64,000 nt of DNA, taken from Blasia pusilla (lineage: Eukaryota). Each line of letters begins with the position of its first letter. Within the stretch, counting starts at the first letter, position 1. Of this stretch, positions 1 through 12,700 are shown piece after piece. Made by a program: the position numbers and the translations under genes. The notes under the pieces are model-generated. The model had not been told where the DNA came from. It saw only the letters and a program-made list of their open reading frames with translations, and made no database searches. The stretch covers positions 36,642,001 through 36,706,000 of the forward strand of contig CM114271.1 of NCBI GenBank assembly GCA_050084515.1. Direction: 5' to 3'.

Positions 1-3000
1 AAGGTCAGGTTTCGAAAGCAAACTTTATGCTTAATCAGACCCATTGCCAGATTAGCTGATCTGTCGAGAATGTCACTCTCGTATGGACCTCACAAAAGTC
101 GTTACTTTTCCCTGTGGAATGAAGATGGGAATGCATTCTTTCCTCAAAACGTCGTTTTCCTTGGCAACAAGACAATCAGGAACGACCGGTCTAATTTAGC
201 AAATGTCACTGGCTTATATATTAAAATTCTTGGAGAAGGCACCGCTGGAACATCCTGACCCTGTGACGAACAACGCTGGTGAAGCACGACCAGAATATGC
301 GCTACAGAAACATGGTCCCGGTAAACAACATTATTTCTCATGGACCAGTTAAGAATCTCTCTTTTCCCCTTTTAACTCGGTCTGGCATTTGCTTGCAAGG
401 GTGCTCGCTGGAAGAAGGAATTTATTTTTTTTAAATGTCGCAACCTGCTCAGATGCAGCTACGGATGAACAACTCTCTCCCACCAAGATCGACATATACA
501 TCCTGCAGAAGATGGTTAGCCAGGCTGTTACACAAAGCGCCAAAGTTTCTAACATCAGGCCCCAGTTCTATCTTTGGCCACCTTATCGACCAGGCTCTAC
601 GCTTTTCCATCTTCTTTGAGAAAATCTTATTTGTCTTGCACGCCCAGGGTTCTGCAATTTGCATCTCGTGTTGACACTCGGCACTCGTCATCGACAGAAA
701 ATCTAAATCTTGACGAGGAAAAGGAGCTCGCTACTGATTGCCGTCTGTTCCCGGGCCTTTTAGATCCCTCGCCAGCCCTAGCGCTGGCCTTGGAGATCCC
801 TCGGACCCACCTCGCTTGTCTCGGCGAGTGACGCGAGTCGCCGTAGTAGGAGTGTTTATCCACATCTCGACATGCGACTAGTGCAGCAATCAAGAGGTCA
901 GTTTCTTCTGGCGACTTTCTATGCTCCAGATTTTGCCACACATGCGTACTGAGGCCGACGCTTACATACAGTCGCAGGGCCCAATACTCGCCATCATCAT
1001 CATCATCATCCTCCTCATCACGATCTCTGGCATGCGTGCGCGCACTGCGTATTATCGCTTTCTTCGGAAGCGCGTTTTCGATCCACTTGCAATTGAATGA
1101 ATGCATTCAATTTCGTCACAGTACTCGAAGATTTCCCGGCATAATCCGGTGGACTTGTGTTTGGCCCACTCAACTCCCATCTCCAACGTGTGTCTCCGCG
1201 GCCATGCGACATCGGTCAGGCATTTGGACTTTGGACCACTTCCATCGCACGACTCGCTAAATGTAACTCAATTCTATCAATTAGCTCTTGGCCTCCCCAC
1301 CCGTGCGTCATTGAGGCCAGCATATTCTTCGTGGATCTAGACCGCGATCCAGATGCTGATGTAGGAGTGGCCACGAAGCGAGTCAGACTGTTTAGTTGGA
1401 ACCACTGCAGTGTTGTCTGCTTAAAGCGATTGGGGTGTCACCAAGTCCAGAGAAGACGGATGGTGAATTTGTCCACTTTGAAGCAACTTCCTTGTGCTGC
1501 TAAATCATGTGATCCAAATGCATTGTGTAGCATTCGCACCGCACTCCAACCCAGACAGATCACACAAAGTTCATGTGGCGGTCGTCATCTGGCAGTGGTC
1601 CCTTGCTCCCAACCACCGTAGTCTCAATCTACTGCCATGGAAGTAGACGTCTGATGACTATGGAAGCCGCCTGTCATACTGAATTTTCTCCAGGAAAGCA
1701 GCTTTTCACCTCAACTTTCGTCAAAGATCACAGGTATCTCCAATGTTCTTGGAATCAAAATGTACGGCCGAGATTAGAATTCTGGAAACTGGTGAAACAG
1801 CACTGGCTCTCCCAAATTCTTGGCAAAGGCGTAGATCACCATTAAGAGGTTCCTTTCCCAGTGGAAGGTAACTCTGCCCTGTCCAAGTTTCTTGGAACCG
1901 AAACTTACTGATGACATTTGATAAGAACATTCGTGCTTTGTGATATTATGGTGAGGCGATCGGTCTCCATAGCGTTAATGCGCTTCGAACCCCCGACAGT
2001 TGTGTGCACTGTGCATATGGTGCCAATCCAAATCCCACGTTGGCCCGCCGGTCTCACATGATTCTCCGAACATCTGTTCGAAAGATTGCTTTGACAAGGT
2101 ACACTTCCACGAATCTGAGCTAGTTGGGCGAAGTAGACAAATCGAGTGGCTTGTGAGTTCGTCGGTACCGGTAGCCTTCCCACTCCACGAGTCCCGAGTC
2201 AGTCCCGATTCTAACTTAGCAACGAATCCACAAGAATTAGAACGATTTTGGACTACACCCAACCGAATCGAAAGCAGCTATTGATTAGTCGACCCCTAGC
2301 TCCCCTGTAGAGGAATCGACCATGATATAGAGTGAAGTGAAGCCTTCAGTCATCTGCGATGCTGAAGGAGCCAACCAAGAAGCAGCGGATCACAGCAAGA
2401 CGGATTAAGTTTCGGACCAATCTAACTCTTCATCGAGAGTGAAAGCATGGATTTTCTGGGAACGTCTAAAGTCTGCAGGATAATCGCACCACATCCCGAG
2501 ACGAATGTGGTGGGGACCAGGGTACAAGCACGGCGAAACCCCCATCTACGCACCGGCGGTGTAGGTTGGCCTCCTAGGATATGGTGGCGAGGTAATATTC
2601 TGCTCCTTTCGTGGTTGAAAAAGTTTTACAGTGTTCATGGCATTCCTGCTGTAATAATCTGTAGAGATAAGACCATCGACAACGAACCGCCTTACCACTC
2701 AACCGATGCGATAAGCCAGAGATCTGGTTGGGCTGGGTCTTGGTAGGCTGATCACAACGAACCCCAAAAGCGGAATTGGTTGTGCGACCATGAGGTAAGC
2801 ATAGCTGGGTGGTACACCATCTCTCACTTCATTCTGCCAGGGGCCCCCATCCGTCCCTGCATCCATGTATCTATCTCGATCTCCATGTACACAACATCCG
2901 CTTCCTTAATTTGCTTGGTGACGAATTGAACAGCGTTCGCACCCTTCTCTCGTATTTCCCCCTGCGCAATGGCTTCCTTCCGCCTCGTCCCGCGCGCGCT

Positions 3001-3027
3001 TTTTCTCAGATCGACCGTCTCCCCCAT
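1..3027 (-). pseudogene. Decayed coding-like region of unknown family (runs off the window edge)
   Basis: Protein-like segments are scattered over minus frames and broken by stops and frameshifts: MGETVDLRKS..., HIRLGMWCDYPADFRRSQKIHAFTLDEELDW, VTFHWERNLLMVIYAFAKNLGEPVLF, DEEDDDDDDGEYWALRLY. Splice models I tried needed introns of about 35-45 nt. Confidence 0.3.
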
Positions 3028-5780
3028 GTTCCACCCCGCCCCACAGCCGGCCTACCCGAGCCAGCGCATATTGCTCGCGGGGATGTCACGTACTGCTCAT
3101 GCCAGCCAACTCGAGACGATCGATCTACCTCTCCTCTTTTTCTTTCTTCTTTGTGGGGACCCCTTCACTCTGGATCAATTGGAACCTCGATTCAATCCCT
3201 TCCCAAGAGATGCCTCACATCGAGTCAATTGTGAGAATCCCGCTGAGGATCCGATTTCTGGGGCTAGATTAGTGGGGTGGGGTGGCCGGCGTACTGTACG
3301 GTGCGGTGCGGGTGGGGTGGGGTGGGGTGGCGTGAGGCGCTTGGCGATGGAGGTCATTTCAAAGCTAACATATGCTGCGACCAGTACGGAATTCTGTATT
3401 TACGCATGGGACTCGTCCTTTTTCGGTTTGTGAAAGAAAGAAGAGCATGATCAAAGTGTTCGAGTTGGTCACTTACTACTCCTCAATTATTGACGCTCTG
3501 TCGTGGTGGTCGCATACGTCGGTCCAAGGACAGAAAAGCGGCTGCGTCTGGATTTCTATGCTCGTTATCCTTTAACTTCATAAGCACACTGGAAGGCATA
3601 TGGATGGATGGACCCATTGAGAAAAGAAAAGAAAAGAAAACATCTAGATCGAAGATAGGACTCCCAATGCTCCTACTACTACTATATGCCACGGAGCAAC
3701 CGTTAGATTTTGGACTTCAAACTCGGTGAAATGGCTCCAGCGCCGAAAAAGGAATATTAGAGCAAGAGGGGGTACCGACGTTTGCTCAATGGCATGTTTG
3801 CCAGGGTGATTTGCACGTGTGGTGTTTAATATTTCAAAAATGCCACATCGCCATTTATTCTGTTAAAAATATAACTTTTGGATTCCAAATGTCCGTGTCT
3901 CAATGCAATGCAAGGGAGATTTTCACCATTCCGATACCAAAGGGGTAGGGGTATCCATTTCTCTAATCCCGATAAGCATACGGTAAAGATAAGAAAAGAA
4001 AAAATCCTCTATATCATCTAATGCATGACTTTGTATTTTGAATAAATGAAGTACATGTATTAAAAAAAATCTAAAGCATGAATGTTGTTTGACTACATAA
4101 GGTTTCAATCAAAGAAAATTTACTCTTTCCTCGAATTGAAAAAAGATCGAGGTCGATTGTCCACCTTGTCTTACATAAAAGTGGGACCTAGGGCCACCAC
4201 TCTCCATGTATTGAGTGTCTAACTGACTCTCAACAATCTCAAAATGGAAGCTACCGTTCGCTCCAAGTAGTATGAGCATATCGTCGAATGATAAAATTAA
4301 GTGTCATTGTAGGGGCGCACCTCTACATTCTAAGAAAAACTTCACCACCACACTCGGAAACCCTTCGCTCAGGTAAAAGCCACTCCAAACTTTCGAATGA
4401 AAAGCCAAAAAGAATTTCGGGCTAAGAAGGAATCCCACCCAAAAAATTATTGTGGGATTCACGATTATAAGCGGTAAATTTTGCAAGCAAGGATGAAATT
4501 TAACATAACACCAATTTAGCGTGCGCTAGTGTATAAGTTGTGCGATGTATGAGGCGCTATAATTCTGTTTTCTGTTAGACTTGAGTTTGTAAATAAAACA
4601 AAAACTTCTTGATGCACAAGTGTTATTTAAAGCTTTTATTTACCTACCAACAACCATGTATGAAGCTTTGTGGGAGGTGAAAAAAATGAAGAATATGTGC
4701 ACTCTTAACATCTGATGGCTTCTTTGTTGGACACATGGCAAGTGGGACAATGGAACGGCAAGAAACTGTTTTCACAACACATGAAACAAGAATGCTGTGC
4801 ACGAATATTAACACGCTACACGCGGGGTGAAAAGTCATTGTGCATAGCCAAGGTAGTGCCCGTGAGTACCGGGGCTTCCTTTCAGCTAGCACCTCCGAGA
4901 ATATTTTCTTGTAGCCGGATATGAAAACACGGTTTTGTGCACACCATGTGTCAAGTAAGGAGTCCTTCGAAAATCAAGAAGCCATCCTCTCATCATAGTA
5001 GAAATTTCTTGTTGCCCAAGCGTCTCTAATAAGATCTTATTTCTTGCAGCCCTACCCTTGAAAATGTTTTATGCCCGAATGCCATGTGCCGAGCGAGAAG
5101 GCTTTTGAAAACCATAAAATAATACCTTCTTAATAATATAGATTCAAGAAATTCCTAGTTATGACATCTTTCCTTCAATCACCCAAGTGGAAACCAACTA
5201 GGTAGAAAGAATCAGGTCAAATTTGTGCAACCCAGCGGAACATATTAGCATATGTGAATCACAAGGGAGCAAACCCAGTTCTAAAGTATGTAAATCTATA
5301 AATGGCCCTTCAGTACCCCCGACAAATCTACTCCAAGTCAACCCCCAGATATTTGTTTGTGTGGGATGAACAACCTTTATTATCATTCATGAATGACTAC
5401 TACTTTTACTGCTATGTAGCAACAAATATTCGGATAGGTCTTGGCAGATACGTGTAGAAGTTTGAAATCCAGGCAGAGAATCCTTGGATCTCCGAATTCG
5501 GCTCCAGATATGGAAGCACGAATTCGGACGGACTGTCGGTAGTTTCTGCTTTGTCGGTTGGCATGTGAACAAGCACATCGCCCATGATAACCTGAATTTG
5601 GCACTCCTGAGGAGCGAGGAGTGATTGCGTTGTGTTACATGTGAACAGTGTTCCACCGAGTTTAGTTGAAAAAGACACTGTAATCCTTCGCTGTCCGCTA
5701 CAAAAGTGAAGTGCAGGCAAGCCATCTTGCATGCAATGATGCAGAATGGAATATATATAAACTTTGGTTTCCAATCTCAG

Positions 5781-6520
5781 GACACAAGAAGCTCTGGCCG
5801 ATTTGCTCCACCCTCCGAGGAGAACACGCGATTTGTTCGTTGATTCAGAGAGAACTCGCTGCGAATTCTACCTGGCCCCAAGGAATTGCGAGTAAAAGCT
5901 CAAAGCTGACTTTGAGATGGAGGCCAGAGATGAGGCATTTGAACGCTCGCACGCACCTGACGCAACTTTCAATTTCGTCGCTAAATCTCTCTCGAACGCA
6001 GGCTCCTGTAACACCAATAAAACCGAAATGCACCTGCGCAATCCGACAAATTTCTGAAATATGCAAAACTTTACTTACGGCCACAGCGCATCAATTCTAC
6101 AAGATAAAAGATCGCGTACGTTTGGCAGAGGAGAACCCCTTGACCTGCAACTTTTGAAGGGGGCAGGGTTTGCGGTCTACAAGGTCGAACGAAGGATAGA
6201 GAAACTGCTGGACGTGTGGAGAAGGCATGACCAGCAAGCAAACAACCAAGCTCGCTTCTACTCTACTGGTGTCAGAGATGCTCACACAAATACGCCAATA
6301 ATATGAAAAAAAAAGTCGTGTAGACGTGATCCTAAAGTTTTGTGAATTCTAACCACAAAAAAGAAATGCTTCTCTTGCTTTTCAGAGATGGATAACTCCT
6401 ACTACCCCCCCTCCCGACGACAATGAGGCCACTTTGTTCTCGTGGATCATGGCTAGTCAAGAATCTCAGGAGAACTCCCTCAGGACTGGGCCCCAGCCTC
6501 CTCGAGAAAAATCTATCTAA
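5781..6520 (+). pseudogene. Possible decayed gene fragment
   Basis: One plus frame reads KLKADFEMEARDEAFERSH...GEPLDLQLLKGAGFAVYKVERRIEKLLDVWRR with two internal stops. Acceptor-like sites lie near 5780 and 6385. Family not recognised. Confidence 0.2.
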
Positions 6521-6949
6521 TCAGATGTGTTAGAACCATGGCGCAGGACCAACCATAGACTATGCTTCACTGCATCGTCGATTGCTTTACGGAATTGGAG
6601 ACGATCCCGGCAATCCCGGCACAGTCGAGAGAGAGCTTATAGAAGGCTTATCTGCATTATTCTTTCTCGTGCCGACCACTATGAGTGACGATTTCGACGA
6701 TCCCTACTCTGAGTTGGAGGTGAAGTCGTCTTATGGATATGAATAAGTACCATGGGCTCATTACCAATATTCCAACCAGACGTGGTCGAGATACACACAT
6801 TGCTTCAGCTGAATGGATCAGGTGGTTCTGAGGTCCAAACATCAAGTAGTGCTACAAGCAGTCATGCCACATCGAGTGTTCTCAAAATCCAGGATTTATC
6901 AACATGAAAAAAAGAAGATGAGATAACCCACCTCTAATGCATATAGGTG

Positions 6950-7950
6950 GACCACTAAAACAACACCATTGAAAACTAACCCCGCCAATGGTAGAAATAA
7001 TATCAACAAAAATATAACATCCCTTAGGTTAAGCTCACGATAGAAGCCCATGGGCTTGGTTACGAATCACCGTCATGGAAATATGTTGCCTAAGCATAAG
7101 AGCATGGTAGCTATTTCAACCCATTTCACGATGAAGATGGCCACACTTGAAAGGAAATCGTCAAATCTCTCATCCATAGCACCATATATGCCAATAGTTA
7201 ATACGAAAAAATAATGTCTTTCGTGAAAACGATTATAAAGTTGAGTCTTCTTCCCTACCATTATATATCTGCCTTATGTAACCATATGTGGTTAAATTTG
7301 TTGTAGTGATCTCCCTTTTGCAACCATATGTGGCTGAATTGACTCTCATGTGTGATCTATAACTACAAATCAGCCTCTTGGGTCACATATAGATCCACCA
7401 AAATAAAGGACTCCTACATGGAGTAGTGTTGCTCTCTCTCTCTCTCTCAATATGTAACATGATACCCCGCACATCATTGCGAGTGGCTATCCTCTAATCT
7501 TCTATCGTGCAATATGTCCAATTGGAGATGCACACTAAGAGTATCTATGCTTTGACAACACTCACAATATGTCTAATCAACCACAAATGGTTAGGGAAGG
7601 CCTAGATGGAACCTTGTAGTTGTAGTAAAGGTAAGTGGGGCAGGATACAGAATGTTGAAATGAGGCAACAAGCACCCACCAATAAGCCACCACCCATCTT
7701 GAGGGAAGAGTCAATAAGGGCCAAAACTTCCATAGGAATATCCTCCTTAGATATCATATATCTAAAAATGGCATGCAAGTGTGCAGCAAAGATTGCAAGT
7801 TTCCATCACAATTCTCTCACAAACAATTAGGCTTTTCTTAAACCTTCAGTCATCCTTGAAACTTGATTTCATTCAGGATTTTTCTTTTCTTGTGAAACTT
7901 GATCGTATGGCTTTATTGAACCATGAAATTCCACTCCAACCTCCTACTAC
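6950..7950 (-). mobile_element. Degenerate 3' part of an RLE-type (CRE/NeSL/R2-like) non-LTR retrotransposon
   Basis: Minus translation gives RFHLGLP*PFVVD*TYCECCQSIDTLSVHL...RIATRNDVRG (RLGLP plus Cys/His knuckle), then YFFVLTIGIYGAMDERFDDFL (like F.PLAIE.FG of the restriction-like endonuclease). Confidence 0.6.
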
Positions 7951-9732
7951 TAGAGGATTTCCATAATGTTAGTAACACACAATTGCTACATAGGGAGATA
8001 TCTAAAGAGAATTTTCTCTTATTTCTATGTTTATAACTTGAGAAACCAAATTTAATGAGGATCAAGTAAAATTCACCCGAGTCATAAGAAGGGAGGTATT
8101 TGCTACTTTGTCCTATGAAGCATGGTGTAGAAAAAAATTAAATTGAAATTTTAGAAATCTAATATTCACTTGCACAAGCTTCCTTTTAAACTTTGTATTA
8201 TAAGCTAGCTTAATCTTTCTATTTTATTTTATTCTATTTAATTTTAAAAAAACTTAACATTGGGTATAAGAACATTTCTAGTCCCTGGAGTTGATATTGG
8301 GAAAAAAGTTAAACCAATTCCGTTTCTTTCACCCGGATAATACATTCTTTGCACATTCTTACACCCATAGGTCTTTAATTAAACAAACCTCGCGGATAAT
8401 TAGCCTCCCATAAACTACCAATAACTCTTTCCTTTCTATCGACTGGTCGACAGCTTAAATAGTGGGCGTTCTTCCTGCTCTACAAATTCGGTGAACTTCA
8501 TTTCATCTTGCTTATGACAACCAACTAGCACTTGGATTTGGGAAGCTGAAACCTTCATTTTGGAGTGTTGCAGACCTCATCTTCTTACCTGTCCTACTAG
8601 TTCCACATTAACACGCTTCACATTTCCCTGTTTCGTGTGTCTTGTCACACTAAATTAGATTACGAGTCCAGAGCACCTCTAATTGCCTCAACCATAAACC
8701 TGAGACAAGCTAGCCAGTATTTCTAATGCTCAGGGCGAGTGTGTGCCTGCCCCACTGAATCTCCATGAAATACATTTCTGCATCTGCAGGCACTGTTCTG
8801 CTAAACCAGATTTAGAAACCGTTAAGTCATGATACGTTACTTGAAAGTTCCGTAAACCCAACCACCACCAACTGTCGTTAGAAGTGGTCGTTGGTAGACA
8901 TCTGTAGGGTTGGTGAAACTCTCCACCTGAGAAAATTAATTGAAGTACTTTCCAATTTTCGTGAACACGTTCTAGGGAACTTCCTGCTTTAAAATTATCT
9001 GTGTTCTGTGTAAAGACTTATTCTTGAATCCTGCTATGTTGAAAGGGAGTACTGGAGGTTGCCAACATTAAGAAAGGAGAGGAGTTGATGAGTTGAGATA
9101 GATAGCTTCGACACACCTAAGCAGTACAATCCTCTGGAAAAATTGGGAACCAATTCAGAATTCTCCCACGTGACCTTTCAGTGCCGGCCCAGTGGGAATG
9201 TTTGTCAATCCTTCCCAAAAGTGTTAATGCCCTTGTCACCAAGGGTCTGAGTGATAGAGCATTCTTTTAAAAACTTGACAAGAACATTCCTGTTGAACAC
9301 TTGATCAGCCGCTATGCCCAAGTGAAAAGTCTAGTTCACCCAGTCACAGTTCCAATGTAAGTATGCTCAAATGTACCTTGGATAACTGGGATCTATACAT
9401 TTTTGTCCCAAGGCTCCTTATAAGCACATTTTGTTTTGCTTGATGAGGTCGATATATGTGAGAAAACATATGAGAGGCATGTGTTGAACTGCCAGATGGA
9501 GAAAACCCACCCACCAATCACTCAAAGCAGCTGAACTCCAACAACTCAAATCTCACTTTCACCAAACATCAAGCAGACACTCCAATCCATCATCCACGCA
9601 CTTCATTCAAACACACTGTCCAGGAATCATCTCTTTCCATCCTTTCTTCACTCATTCTATCACACATAACTCCACAATACGTCATTCATAGAAAACTCTG
9701 AAGACGCAATAATGAAGCTTAAGATATAGATG

Positions 9733-12700
9733 CTATGATCGAGCAAAGAAATCATTCAAAGCCAGATTTGCGTCTCCATGGGCAACTACATCTTCTGGTT
9801 CTGGCATGAATAGTGTTGTGGCACTTGTCTGCAACAAGAACACAAGAATTTAAACATGTTATTCAAATGCATGTTCAGAATGGTTGCTAGGAAACTTAAC
9901 TGAGCACTAGTAATCAACTAATTAATAAGACCAAAAAGAGAAGAGGATTGTTTTAACCATTTCCTGATTGAAAGGAAGGTCAGTTTAAGGGGTTACTTTT
10001 CACATGACATGGTGATAAAATTTGAAACCAAACCATGATGTAATTGATTTCTATATCCTCCATCTTTCCTGACTTTCAGGAGTTGCCTGGCTAGGTCTAG
10101 ACTGAACTACATCCGTCGGCCAAGGTCGCAAGAATTTTTTGGAAAGTACCTTAGTATCTAGAACTGACTCGTTTGCATTGCTGTCAAAATTGATGTGAGC
10201 CCCATGAGATCTCAGCCATTCTTCACACTCATCTTGTCCCTCCACCTCTTTCTCCTCTCCTCCTTCAAGGGGTAAAACGCCAGAGAAGCCCAGACTTCGG
10301 GCAATGAACGGAACAGCCAGTGATGGACGATAAGAACGAGCCATACACTTCACTGCTTCAAACCGCATCTTTTCCGCATATAATTCTGCACAGCACCAAT
10401 GCGCTAATCAGGGACAAGAACAATGCAGGTAAGGTTTAGTGATAAGTAAATATGACAGACGTTGTACTCTCAGATGGTTTCCGACAAAATACTTTAGAAA
10501 AATATCAAAATCATCCGCGCTCATATATACTCAACCTGATTGGTGATGAATAGTGTACAGACCATTCCAAGTCAAAGTTTGAGCTAGGTCTGTGAGACAT
10601 ACCCATCAGATAGGGACTCAAGTTTGGAGCTGTTCTGTACAATTTGAAAAACGTTGTATAGTTTCCCAGTGCCACAGCTGCTCTCACTGCAAGGGCATGC
10701 TGTACAGCAGTATCTTTTCTCGCTTCTACTGTGAGCCTGTAAAATTCCAGCAATTCAAATTTGAACCTTGCTAAGATAATGTATCAAATACTTAGGGAAA
10801 TATATCAAGAACCCTCCCCAATACATCTTCCCTTTCTCACTTGTGGCAAGAGCGACAGTTTAATAATCAAGAAAATTCCATGCAGAAAACAAAAAGCTCA
10901 AGGAAACATTCACCAGACTGACATAATATTAGAACACCAAAACTTTGAAGGCTCCCACGGCAAGTAACTGCGTCTTGTAAAAAAAATGGTGAAAGAGTTA
11001 CACCTACCTTGCCATGGATGAGAGAAGGTCCCGACTGTTCCCATGGTTGAAGATGATGTAAAGCAAGCTATATGCAGAAAATTCATTCCTGCAACCCTTG
11101 ATACCTTCTGCATATAACCCCTTCAGTTGAGTCTGGCACTGCAATCAATTCACCATTCCCCTACTTATGTGAGAAACATCTTAGTTATATAAAATTCCAT
11201 ACATAGATCTTCCCCACAAAGCCAATGAACCAATGCCAGTGTGGCAACCTGTAAGTACAGTCCTCACCTGGTTGTATTCAGGCAAGTCTCCAGCCTCTAG
11301 AGCCATTCGCGCATGAGTCTCATAAACCTGAATCAGATGAATCCCCAATTAGCAAGCCCCAGGTTTACAAGTGGTCGATCTTTCCTGACTGCAAGTTATA
11401 GTGAGAATAAAAGGCGACATTGACTAAAAACACACACCTGCACTGTGAGCTCATCTCGTATTCTCTGGACCGTGAGGTCCTGTCGAATGGATTTCAATTG
11501 CTCACATCTGTAAAGATAGCTCTTGGAAGTGCTCTGCACCATTGCTAATGCCTTTCTTAAAACGTCCTCAGGCCTCACCTATTCCCAGTGAACACAGAGA
11601 GTTCAGAAACTATCAGCATTCATATCAGAAATTGCACACAAACTTTTTACAAATGGTACTCAAAGACCATCACCATAAGAGCAATGTGCAATTGCCAGTT
11701 AGGCCAACTTTACTGTCTCTATGAGACATTTTATCCCACACCCAATTGCCCTAAACCATCATAGATATAGGAGGTCAGGTACAAGGGGCCCAGGAGAGCA
11801 GGAGAGCAGGTTAAAATTACTCCAGAAAAACCTAGACAACTGTGACAAGCCCAATCAGGATGATAATGTGACACTGCATAACGACCTTCAATAATCTCAG
11901 ATCTCTCAGAGGAGAAACTTGCAACTAAAATATGAGGGATAATAAACTGGAGGAGAATATCTAGCTCCTTAACAAGGTTAGCTAGCTAAGGAGCTCTACA
12001 AAAAAAGCTTACTAATTTCTCAAGTTCACATCTGGTTTAAGTTCTTTAGTAGCAGTAATAGTAATTCATCATTCAGGAAATTAACTTCCTGTCCTGAAAA
12101 CAATTGGTCTTCTAACAGAGTGAACTTCCATTTTTTTTCTCAAGCAGTCAGAGAGGGACAAAAGTGGAGCCTTACTGTGCTTGGGTCAGGAGCAGATGTG
12201 AGCCTTAAGTATCTTTTCTCCATCTCCTGGCATGTACCTCTTACTGTGAGTGAATCCCAATCAATATCCTCTACTGCGCGCCCATTTTCATCTCCATATG
12301 TCATGGCTAATTGCAAAGCTGTGGCCCGCCTGGCACTAGCACTACCACCAACACCAGCTTTACCTTTTCCTACACCCTTGCTACCCCCTGTTGCTTCCTT
12401 GCCTCTATCAAAGCGCTTTGTTCTGCTTTGACGTCTCTTTTTCTCTTCTGGTGTCTCAGCAGTCACCAGTGATCCCAAGACAACCCCACCAGCTTGGTCC
12501 AACTCTTCATCGCTCTCACTGGAGCTAGCAGCACCATTGAAACTGAGACCCAAAGTTTTACGACCTCGTTTTGAACCTCTTCGTGCCCACTTCACTGAAT
12601 TGAGTTGTGGAGAGTGCTGTTGCTGTATAGGTTTAGATTTATTCCATGTCCCATCTCGCTTTTCCCACTTTGGTGGTGAAGCCTGCAGAGGGTCAAAAAA

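Noticed and set aside
2550..2830. Small-exon gene model on the minus strand
   Set aside because: Requires an intron of only about 35-45 nt.
3272..3330. (GGGGT)n tract with G-quadruplex potential
   Set aside because: Short simple repeat with no supporting context.
4100..5400. Possible retroelement remnant
   Set aside because: No convincing motif could be read.
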